Under the pieces are notes generated by a model, which did no database searches, was not told the origin of the DNA, and saw nothing but the letters and a program-made list of their open reading frames with translations. Positions 9,061-18,300 of a stretch of DNA of 64,000 bases are shown here, piece after piece. The first letter of the stretch is position 1. Each line of letters starts with the position of its first letter. The DNA is from a virus: IMG/VR virus record IMGVR_UViG_3300035099_000047, positions 64,001 through 128,000 of that record, one strand, 5' to 3'. A program made the position numbers and the translations under genes.

Positions 9061-9311
9061 GGTTCTTTATGCTCCAAGGCTTCGGCCTTTTGACAACGCA
9101 GGCAATCATACATTCTAGCGGGTTCATGACCATACCGACTACAAAGAAATACTCGGCCTCCATCAGCCCGACAACAAGGTGATCTAGTGGTTCTACCCGT
9201 GTCAATACGATAGTTGCAATGGAATACCAGTTCCTTCAACCGGTTGCGCAACACTTCGTTTTGAGCAATGTTGAGCCCTGGCAACAGTTCTCGATTACGG
9301 TGAAGTCTCAT
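8970..9311 (-). CDS. Small Cys-containing hypothetical protein
   Basis: ATGA-coupled to the upstream Cys-rich gene. Confidence 0.5.
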   Translation of the reverse strand: MRLHRNRELLPGLNIAQNEVLRNRLKELVFHCNYRIDTGRTTRSPCCRADGGRVFLCSRYGHEPARMYDCLRCQKAEALEHKEPWIISLAQRSSGWGLSSYSRDQVLRSLSAI

Positions 9312-11692
9312 GCCACTATCCCACTAGCGCACCCAACACCTTGACATTGGGATTCGCAAGGCACTGATTCACATACAGTTTCACAAGGTTGTTCCCTTCC
9401 TTCTTCACAACACAACTGGCAACAGAACTCGCAACCTCCCTGCTTATTGGCTACACAACCCGCTTCACAAATGGCCTCACAACCACCTTGGGCTTCGCAG
9501 GCCGCTTGGCACTGAGTTTGACATTTGTCAGTACAGCTAGCGGTGCAACCACTTGTGCAACTGGCTTTGCAAACGCATTCACAACACACTTGACAGCCTC
9601 CCGGTGCACCGGTGCAGCTGGTCTGACAACCAGCAGTGGCTGTGCATTTTATTTGGCACCCAGCCACCATGCAAGGTTCCTGGCAAATAGCCATACACTC
9701 ACTTTGGCACCCTCCAGTGCATCCACTGGTGCAACCTACGATAGCACAAAGCGTTTGACACCCACTGCTTTGACATGGGTTTTGACATATCGTCATGCAA
9801 CCTTCCATGCACTGGCCACCCTGACAACCCACTGTACAATTCTTCTGACAATCGGTTTCGCAGCTTTGACATCCCTCACTCTCGCACTTTGATGCCTCAC
9901 ACCAACTTTCACAATGACCTCCTTCGCAAGATCCCTTCTCGCAAAAATCTTCACAACCCCCTTCACAACTGCCTTTTTCACACCAGCTTTCGCAATAAAT
10001 TGCACATTGAAACTGACAACCACCTACCTCACAATCGTTTTCACAGCTACCAGCTTCACATTGCAGTTCACACCCTGCAGCTTCGCAACCTTCTTCACAC
10101 CCTATCTCGCAACCCTCTTCGCATCCACACACACACGAATCTTGGCAGCATGCTTCGCAATCAGTTTCACAATTGTTTTGGCAAGCACTCTGGCAGTTGA
10201 ACTCACAATCGTTTTGACATCCAGTCGTGCAGAAATCTTCACAATTGCCTTCACAACTGCCTGTACAACCATATTCGCAATCACCTTCACAACCATTTTC
10301 GCAAAATGTTTGACAATTAGCTCCCTCACAAGTATCCTGGCAATAATTCTGACATTTGTTCTCACAACTGCCTGCACACGCTTCTTGGCAGACGAACTCG
10401 CAATCCGTTTGACAGTGAATCTCACACATCAACTCACAATTTGATTCGCAGGAGCCCAAACCTTGACACTTGTCTTCGCAACCCTTCTCACAAAAGCTTT
10501 CACAAGTGACTTGACACCCTTGAGTGCACGTGGTGATGGTTTCCAACCGGTCGCTAGCCCCGGTCAACAACTCCCGAAACCTGCTCCGCATGGAAACGCC
10601 ACTGTAAGAATCCGTTACTTCAATAGCAACTTCTCTCTTGGACATCAACTGCAACTTGCGAACCGGTATCACATGAATGGGTCGCTCGTCGGCCAAGTAC
10701 TGGTCCAACACAGCCATAGCCTCAGCAAAAGGCAAAGCCTCTCCAATACCTGGATACTTTGTTTCAACCTCCTTCAGATAGGAATTGGTTTGGTGGTAAC
10801 AAGTACGAACCCCGGACAACAAAGCATTTGTAGCATGTGCCTTTTCTACTAACACACTCAATAACGAGTTGGTTGAATGATACTGAGTGCTTTCACCCTT
10901 CAAATCAGCATCGGTGCTATGAGAAACCCTTGTAGAATATAACAGGGCATCTGTCGTGTGACTTTCAGTGATTTCACGAGCACTAAGAAAAGCATCTGTT
11001 GTGTGAGATCTGGTTGACTTTTTAAGGTAAGCATCTGTGGTATGTGTTTTGGTTACAGCTAATCCTTTGATATAAGCATCGGTATTATGGCCAATAGTGA
11101 TAACGTCTGGACTGATCACCTCATACTCTATTGCAACCTGGAGGTCATCATATTGTGTTTCCAGTGTTACTTCTGTTGTACCGCTCCACGTCGGATCAGT
11201 TACACAGTTGACCCAATTGCGAATCGAAAGGCCAATGCGATTCCACGCACCACCAGGGATTTCAGAAGGAAGGGGCTTCAGCCCTCCCCCTCCAATGGTC
11301 CACCAACCATATGTTCGGCCATAAATATCTAAACCAACAAGAAGTTGCTGTGCTTCATCTTCCGTATCCTGCCAAAGGTAAACATTTCCTACCCTATAAA
11401 GTTTAGACGAACAAAGTGGGAAGTCGTCAGCAATCGGAGCCCTCACAGCCAACCCAACAACACTGATTGCAGTGACAACACTATTTTTTGGGATACCAAA
11501 CAACTGGCTCCATGTCCCCAATACACGCCACCCTTCGGAGCCAGTTATATTACCCCGACCTTCCAAATCCATGTGCGTGGTAAGGGACCCTTGCGAGAGA
11601 TTACCATTGTACGACCACCCGCCCCTGGCAGTTGGCTCCCAACTCTCAGGGTCGTTTTCCCAACGCCACCATTTGGTTATTCTAATAGCCAC
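9308..11692 (-). CDS. Tail/baseplate-associated protein with HxTDAxL repeats and a ~400-aa Cys-X-X-X repeat C-terminus
   Basis: Long ORF; CxxxC periodicity from TTCTQGCQVTC to the end. Confidence 0.85.
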   Translation of the reverse strand: MAIRITKWWRWENDPESWEPTARGGWSYNGNLSQGSLTTHMDLEGRGNITGSEGWRVLGTWSQLFGIPKNSVVTAISVVGLAVRAPIADDFPLCSSKLYRVGNVYLWQDTEDEAQQLLVGLDIYGRTYGWWTIGGGGLKPLPSEIPGGAWNRIGLSIRNWVNCVTDPTWSGTTEVTLETQYDDLQVAIEYEVISPDVITIGHNTDAYIKGLAVTKTHTTDAYLKKSTRSHTTDAFLSAREITESHTTDALLYSTRVSHSTDADLKGESTQYHSTNSLLSVLVEKAHATNALLSGVRTCYHQTNSYLKEVETKYPGIGEALPFAEAMAVLDQYLADERPIHVIPVRKLQLMSKREVAIEVTDSYSGVSMRSRFRELLTGASDRLETITTCTQGCQVTCESFCEKGCEDKCQGLGSCESNCELMCEIHCQTDCEFVCQEACAGSCENKCQNYCQDTCEGANCQTFCENGCEGDCEYGCTGSCEGNCEDFCTTGCQNDCEFNCQSACQNNCETDCEACCQDSCVCGCEEGCEIGCEEGCEAAGCELQCEAGSCENDCEVGGCQFQCAIYCESWCEKGSCEGGCEDFCEKGSCEGGHCESWCEASKCESEGCQSCETDCQKNCTVGCQGGQCMEGCMTICQNPCQSSGCQTLCAIVGCTSGCTGGCQSECMAICQEPCMVAGCQIKCTATAGCQTSCTGAPGGCQVCCECVCKASCTSGCTASCTDKCQTQCQAACEAQGGCEAICEAGCVANKQGGCEFCCQLCCEEGREQPCETVCESVPCESQCQGVGCASGIVA

Positions 11693-11706
11693 TTACACCA
11701 TCCCCA

Positions 11707-13221
11707 CTAAAAATTAGGGAACACAGCCACTCTTGCGGCTTTGTAAGTGTGTGTACCATTTTTATTCAAACTGTAATCCCCCATTTCGTTAGGTTCGTGC
11801 TTGTACAATTCGGAGACTGAATACTTACCATCTGAACGGTACTTCAACTTCTTATTGATCCCAAACACGGTACCATGCATTTTGTGAAAAGCCAAAGCAT
11901 CAGAGGTGAAAAATCGTATCAAATCATCTGTCCATCCATCATAATAGCTACTCCCCAACAGCTGATTGATAAGGGTCAGATATTCTGTATTGGTAGTGAC
12001 TACATTGTACAGGGCCTTCAATCCGGCTATCAACTCCTCGGTTTCCCCAAATTGTTCCTGTAACATACCCACAATCTGTTTCAAAATAGGCCCCCCTGAT
12101 ACATCCCCAGAAGCCTCCGCATCCTTTATGCGAATAATCAAAGGTAACAAATCATACAACTGGACCCGGGGCCAACGGCCTAGATAGGCTGCAGTGCGAT
12201 GGTACCTGCGTACCTCCCCCTTCAAGTCCGCATCGGCGGTATGCTTTTTCAATTGAAACTTTTGCAAAAGGGCGTCAGCACTGTGAACCTTAGTAATACT
12301 CCAAACCAAATAGCTGCTTGAAAAATGATAATTGGTAACTTCGCCCTTCAAAACTGCATTTGTACAGTGTAATTTTCGACCACCTAATATCAAGGCATCA
12401 GTTGTATGCAATAGAGAAATGGTTTCAGTAGGTGATGCCCAACTCAACCGGCGTGGCATTGCCCAAAGATCAAAGCGCGTGGCTGGATTGTAAAGCGTCC
12501 AGATTTCCGCCGCCGAAAGGGCACGCCCGTAAACCCGCACGTCACGCACCAGACCTCGCCAGAACATCTCGTACGAGCCGTAGTTCAAGGCCCCGACGAA
12601 TCCGTAGTTGCTGGACCACGTATCCGTGGGCATTTGCGCGAGCGTCTTTGAGTTTTTCAACCGTCCGTCGACGTACAGCGACCAGGCGGAATTGTCGAGA
12701 ACGGCCGCAACGTGGTGCCAAACCCCGTCGTTATGCGCGCTCGTCGCAACCAGATTAGTGTCCCATACGCTTATGCCGAGAGCGCCCGGCGGCTGCCACC
12801 GGTCGGTGTTGCCAGCACCAATAATGACCGCGTAGTGTTGGGATGTTACCCCGTAAGAAAACGCCCCGCGGATGTACTCCGACGGACATTCCGTGTAGTT
12901 GACCCAGAGCGAAATCGTTCGCGGCGATGCCCCGAGGGGGAGGCGGGTATCGGGAAAGCGGAACTGATAACTGCCGTCGAATTCCGGCACGAAGCCAAAC
13001 GTGGGATCCGCGTGCCATTTTGCCACCTCCGGCACCATGCTTATGTCAACTGCCCTGCCGTGATTGTCATAAACAATCTCCGGCGCGACACTGCCCGTGC
13101 ATGCCGAGAGCGGCCACCAGGCAATAAGACTGCGTGATTGCAGCGATTCTTGCCGGACTTGCGGTATTCTTGGAGACAACAGGTTGGCGCGGGCCATTGG
13201 GCGGTCCGAGATGACTCCCAT
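11707..13221 (-). CDS. LamG/concanavalin-like domain protein with HxTDA repeats and a C-terminal baseplate-wedge (P2 gpI/T4 gp7-like) domain
   Basis: RTISLWV...DGVWHHVAAV...LYVDG...GLVRDVRVYGRALSAAEI (LamG); YDLLPLIIRIKD...GGPILKQI. Confidence 0.8.
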   Translation of the reverse strand: MGVISDRPMARANLLSPRIPQVRQESLQSRSLIAWWPLSACTGSVAPEIVYDNHGRAVDISMVPEVAKWHADPTFGFVPEFDGSYQFRFPDTRLPLGASPRTISLWVNYTECPSEYIRGAFSYGVTSQHYAVIIGAGNTDRWQPPGALGISVWDTNLVATSAHNDGVWHHVAAVLDNSAWSLYVDGRLKNSKTLAQMPTDTWSSNYGFVGALNYGSYEMFWRGLVRDVRVYGRALSAAEIWTLYNPATRFDLWAMPRRLSWASPTETISLLHTTDALILGGRKLHCTNAVLKGEVTNYHFSSSYLVWSITKVHSADALLQKFQLKKHTADADLKGEVRRYHRTAAYLGRWPRVQLYDLLPLIIRIKDAEASGDVSGGPILKQIVGMLQEQFGETEELIAGLKALYNVVTTNTEYLTLINQLLGSSYYDGWTDDLIRFFTSDALAFHKMHGTVFGINKKLKYRSDGKYSVSELYKHEPNEMGDYSLNKNGTHTYKAARVAVFPNF

Positions 13222-13239
13222 CCATTCCTCCTACCAAAT

Positions 13240-13746
13240 TCAAACGACGTCTTCAGCCAGTGGTACCAAGGTAATGCGATGTGAATCGTCATTGCTTACC
13301 AAAGCCTGTCCCGACTTATTGATGACTACAGGGCAACCATAACGGGCAGGGGGACAAAACTCGAAGACCTCGGTTTGGACCACAGTAGCAGCATCTGCTG
13401 TGAGCACCAGGCAGCCAATAAGCAAAAGCTGTTGCTTCCATTCATCTTCTTCCCCAGCCTTGTAAGGGGAATCCACACCGGTGACTCCACCAGGAAAGGT
13501 TGTGTTATCCCACGAGGCTGCCCAATAAATCTCAATCACGTTGCCAGCCACTGGGGCAACAGCCAGGTTCAATTCGACAGTGACCGCCCAGCGCGGGGCG
13601 AACCGCCCGTTGGCATCCGCCAGATCGCCTTTCTGACCCATCCGCCCGGCCCCGTTGGCCAAGCCAGCCAGGGTGATCGCGTAGTCTCCTCCCGTGGCCT
13701 TCCAAACCTTTGCAGTTCCTTGTTTAACCAGTATTTCTGTAGACAT
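13240..13746 (-). CDS. Putative virion structural protein
   Basis: Beta-rich ORF within the tail-appendage operon. Confidence 0.6.
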   Translation of the reverse strand: MSTEILVKQGTAKVWKATGGDYAITLAGLANGAGRMGQKGDLADANGRFAPRWAVTVELNLAVAPVAGNVIEIYWAASWDNTTFPGGVTGVDSPYKAGEEDEWKQQLLLIGCLVLTADAATVVQTEVFEFCPPARYGCPVVINKSGQALVSNDDSHRITLVPLAEDVV

Positions 13747-13781
13747 AGCTCAAACCCAAGGGTTAAAAGTTGAAAGTTGGT

Positions 13782-14210
13782 TCACAAAGAAAGCTTGATA
13801 ATCCCGCTAGCACTCCACTGCAACACAAAGTTTTGGGCCTTCCGGCTCTTCACCATTCCAAAGCCTATGTGACCTATCAGAGGTGAGTCTGCTGGGGTGG
13901 TAACCAGCCGGTACAATACAGCATGAGCGGGGGACACAGTCACCACTGGCCAAATAACATCATCTGCGTCAAACACGCAAGTACCAGCAACTTTGTCCAA
14001 AGTAAAACTACCATTCCTCAACCGTACCCCTCCCGCTGTATAATTGGTACCTGTCACTTCATCGGTTACTATGTCCGACCAATAAACTTGGTTTTTGTAA
14101 TCTGGTATGTATTTGTCACTGAGCAGTGCACACTTGATTATGTTGTTGACCAGCGATATTTGACCATTGGCCATCGCTTTCAAATAATTCAAGAACAATC
14201 CGCAGGTCAT
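13782..14210 (-). CDS. Putative phage tail structural protein
   Basis: IKCALL...EVTGTNYTAGG...FDADDVIW...FVLQW motif common in tail modules; start at MTCGLF. Confidence 0.7.
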   Translation of the reverse strand: MTCGLFLNYLKAMANGQISLVNNIIKCALLSDKYIPDYKNQVYWSDIVTDEVTGTNYTAGGVRLRNGSFTLDKVAGTCVFDADDVIWPVVTVSPAHAVLYRLVTTPADSPLIGHIGFGMVKSRKAQNFVLQWSASGIIKLSL

Positions 14211-14221
14211 AGCTTCCCCTT

Positions 14222-15370
14222 TCACACCTGTTGCTGTTGTTGGCATCGACCTTGACAACCATACTCACAGGCATTCTGACATTCGGTCTCACAAGCAGCT
14301 TGGCATCCTATAGCACAAGCTGTAGTGCAAGTGAGTTGTTGACCTGCTTGGCACTTTTGCTCACAGGCGTAAGCACATCCCGGTATTTGATTTCCTGATT
14401 GACATTTTTGTTCACATTTGGTAGTACAACCCCCTGTTTGAGCTCCCGTTTGACATGATTTTTCACATTGATTTTCACACGAAGTTTCACACGAAGCCTC
14501 ACACCCTCGACGAGGGACTTGATAACTAACTTGGCACACCGTGTTGCAACCAGGGGACTGTCGATGGCTTTGACAAGAAACCTGGCAAGATCTTACACAA
14601 CCTGGCACCTGCCCACTGGCCTCGCAATTAGATTGACAAACACTATCACATCCCAAAAATTGAAGCTTGGATTGGCATTTGGTTTCACATTGCCCCTGAC
14701 AACCCCCTTCGCAGTGGGTTTCACACCTAGCCGTGCAGTTACGTGCCTGATTACCTTGTTGACAACTGACTTCACAAATCTGTTGGCAATCGTATTCACA
14801 AGCTACTTGACATTTATCAGTACACCCCGGGGTTTGGTACCCTTGAGTACAACTCAATTCGCAACTTGTACCACAGCCTGCAGTTTGACTCCCTGATTGA
14901 CAAGTCACCTCACAAGTGTCAGAACAACCAGGGGTTTGACTGCCTTTTTGACAGGTGGTTTGACAAGTGTCTGAGCAGCCGACTGATTGACTCCCTGATT
15001 GGCAAGAAACTTGGCAACGGTCTTGGCAACCTGATTGGCAAGTTGTTTCACACTTCGTGGAGCACCCTTGAGCTTGGTGACCTGCTTGGCAATGAAGTTC
15101 ACACAGGGTCTGACACCCAGATTGACACACCAATTGACAATGAGATTCACAACTGCTTTGGCAAGTGACTTCGCAAGTGGTACCACATCCGGCTACCTGG
15201 TTCCCTGCTTGGCATACGTTTTCGCACAGGTTTTGACAATTAGCTTGGCAAGTCTGTTCGCACTTCGTTTGGCACCCCGCTTGACACCTCAATTCACAAG
15301 CTGAAGTGCAACCAGCGGCTTGATACCCAGCTTGGCAACCCACTTGGCAAGTTTCAGTGCAACCTGGCAT
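14222..15370 (-). CDS. All-Cys-X-X-X repeat protein (SCIFF-like modules)
   Basis: About 75 Cys in 382 aa by manual count; modules separated by GxQxxG linkers. Confidence 0.85.
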   Translation of the reverse strand: MPGCTETCQVGCQAGYQAAGCTSACELRCQAGCQTKCEQTCQANCQNLCENVCQAGNQVAGCGTTCEVTCQSSCESHCQLVCQSGCQTLCELHCQAGHQAQGCSTKCETTCQSGCQDRCQVSCQSGSQSVGCSDTCQTTCQKGSQTPGCSDTCEVTCQSGSQTAGCGTSCELSCTQGYQTPGCTDKCQVACEYDCQQICEVSCQQGNQARNCTARCETHCEGGCQGQCETKCQSKLQFLGCDSVCQSNCEASGQVPGCVRSCQVSCQSHRQSPGCNTVCQVSYQVPRRGCEASCETSCENQCEKSCQTGAQTGGCTTKCEQKCQSGNQIPGCAYACEQKCQAGQQLTCTTACAIGCQAACETECQNACEYGCQGRCQQQQQV

Positions 15371-15386
15371 TTTCAGCTCCTACCTT

Positions 15387-18300
15387 TTAGACAGAAGGCT
15401 GAGCGTAAACCTGACAACCTGCAACTTGACAGTTTAACTGACAACCAGTTGCTTCACAAGCAATCTGACATTGTAGTTGACACACAGCCTCGCAAACTGA
15501 TTGACACCGCTCGGAGCACCCAACCACTTGGGCTATAGGTTCACAACCAGATTGGCAACTGCCTCCCTGGCAAAGCGTAGTACAACCACTTACTTGATTC
15601 CAAGCTTCACAAGCAGTATGGCAATCGGTTTCTCTACGAGTTTCACAAGCTGCAGCTTGACAAGTGAGTTCACAAAGCGCCTGGCAATCATATTGACAGA
15701 CAATTTTACATGGAATGTCGCCAGTTCCACTCTCCAAACCCCCAACTTGACAAGCTACTTGACATTGGCTTATGCAATCCCTAAACTGCTTCCATGTTTC
15801 ACAATAGTTTACACAAGAGAACTGGTTTTGAGTCTGACAAGTCACAACTTGACAAGAACCCTGATAAGAGGTGAGGCAGCCAGTGTAGTCAGTTTGAGAT
15901 TGGCTCTGACAAGTTCCACTTTGACACACGGGTTGGCACCAGGATTGACAAGTTGTTTCACAAGGCTCTCCTGTAGGATATTGTGCAACCCACAAACTCC
16001 CTCCATATTGATAGTACGTTTGACAATGTTTCTGACAAGTTGTTTGGCAGTCCAGTTGACAGCTGCCCATGCACTCACCTACTTGGGCCTCCCCTTGACA
16101 AAACCTTTGACATACATTTTCACATTCATACTGGCAATCAGTCATACAAGTAGTTTCACAACTTGTACTAACACAACTTGAGTATTGGCTCAGGGTCTGG
16201 CAAGGAGCCATTTGGCACTTGGTCTGGCAAGTCCGAGAACATCCCAGTTGGGTTCGAGTTTCACAAGAATTAGCTTGACAATTATATTGACAACTTTGCT
16301 GACAACGTGAACCGCAAGGCGAAACTTGAACATCACCACAACCCAATGCTGCCCAAAGTTCCTGACAATCGGATTCACAATGGGTTTCACAATAAGTGGT
16401 ACACGGACCTTCGTAATGAGTTTGGCAATCATCTTGACAGTGGTATTCACAATGGGAAGCGCAACCCGTTTCGCATTCAGTTTCACACGAGGCTTGGCAT
16501 TTAGTGGTGCACCCCGTGGTTTTGGGGGTTTGATACCGAACTTCTAATGTCAAGTTATTGTATCCTATGCGGGCGTGCCCACCAGTCTGGCTCAAATGGA
16601 ACAAGCTTTGTAGCATAAATTCCACTGAATCGGTAGCTCCCCCTAACCCTTCAGAAATCCCGTGGATGCTTCCGGGATTCATGTAAAGCCAATCATTTTC
16701 TACTCCAAAGACCCTCCTACCCCACCACAAAATTGATGGAATAGCTGTATTACAATTCACTCCGGCTGCCCCATATTGAACAAAATCCTGAACTCCTACG
16801 TTATCCCATATCAAGCATCGAGTATTCATGCCAATAAATCGAACCCCTACCACCGTGGCATTGTCTGGTATACCAAATATCTCCTTCCAAGAGCCTACCA
16901 ATCTCCAGGTAATTGTAGTCTCAAATGGCATGCGGTATGGTTTGTCATCCCTGTACAATTCACTGTAAATGTAGCCAGAGGGGTCCCAACCCCCAATACG
17001 GGTACTCAGTTCCCCAGCGAGATACCATTTCCCGGATCCACTGGTTTCCCTAGGATCAGTTGTAAAATTCCAGGAACGCTCCGCTCGCAATGTAATCTTG
17101 GGTATATCCGCTTGATTAGCTGAGGTACAACCAGTAGTGCAATCAGAATGGCAACCTACCGTACAATCTGTAGTACATCCACCAGTACAACTTAGCTGAC
17201 AAGTACCGCCCTCACAAGTCTGAGTACCTGCTGTGCAACCACCAGTACATCCACCAGTACACCAGCTAGTACACCCACTTGTGCAAGGGTAATCCAAGTG
17301 CTGAATCTGGCAACCAGTAGTGCAAGCTTCCTGACAAATCAATTGGCAAGTGGTCTCGCATATCGTGGGCTCCAACATATGGGTAGTCACTGACCATTGT
17401 TCTGCTATTTGGTCCCCCAACTTCTTGCGGCCTACTCGTTTACTCAACAGCAAATAGAACACCTGACTGCGATGGGGTATTTTCAATGAGTTGTGTGCAT
17501 AGACATACAGATGGGGTACCAACGGGCTCCAACCAATTAGCTGCTCCCCCGTAGGGGCATATCGGTAGTCCCGATCGTACAACATCAAGTGGGTAATCTC
17601 ACCCAAATTCACATCCGGAGCGCTGAATACAATCTGACCGTAATTGCGAAATGCACTAACGATGGTGCCTGGCACGCTGTTCGGATCTATACCTGCTTCA
17701 ACTAAGAAGTCCAGGGCTTCATCCAAACTCACCCGGGCCCAAGCATTATGGGGTTCCCGATGATAACCACTTGCAGTCTTGGGCTCATTTACTGGGAGTT
17801 CTCCATACCAACCGCAAAAGCTGCGACTCATAGCCACAAAGGTACCACTAGTGCTACTGCCTGGATGCCAGCTAGTGGTAAAGTTAACAGTTGGACTGGT
17901 ACCAGAAATGAAATCCACCTCTTGCGATGAAGGACTAAAAGTCAAGGGTGGATAGTCATACCACAAGGGCATCACGGTATAGTGGCCCGGTGGCACAACC
18001 ATATTTGCCAAGCCTTCTCTGTTCGTAACCCCCCAGTAAGCAACAGGATGACCATTGGAATCTTCCCCATAAATCACCACCTCAACATTGGCTACCTGAG
18101 CTCCGGTCATGACCACTGAAGGGGAGGCATGTGGATCAGAGGTACTTGGAGGGGTAGAATGAGGTAACTCCATTGTCAGGTTGCAAGGACCATAAGTCGT
18201 GGTAATCGTTTGGCTGATTGTTTGACAAGTTTCAGCCGTGGTCAGGCACCCCTTGGTCTCATCTGGGTTTGGGCTACCCCACATGCCTTGATAACCAGTT

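Noticed and set aside
14222-15370. Eukaryotic keratin-associated or metallothionein contamination
   Set aside because: It has a bacterial RBS, tight phage operon context and the same repeats fused to phage baseplate domains
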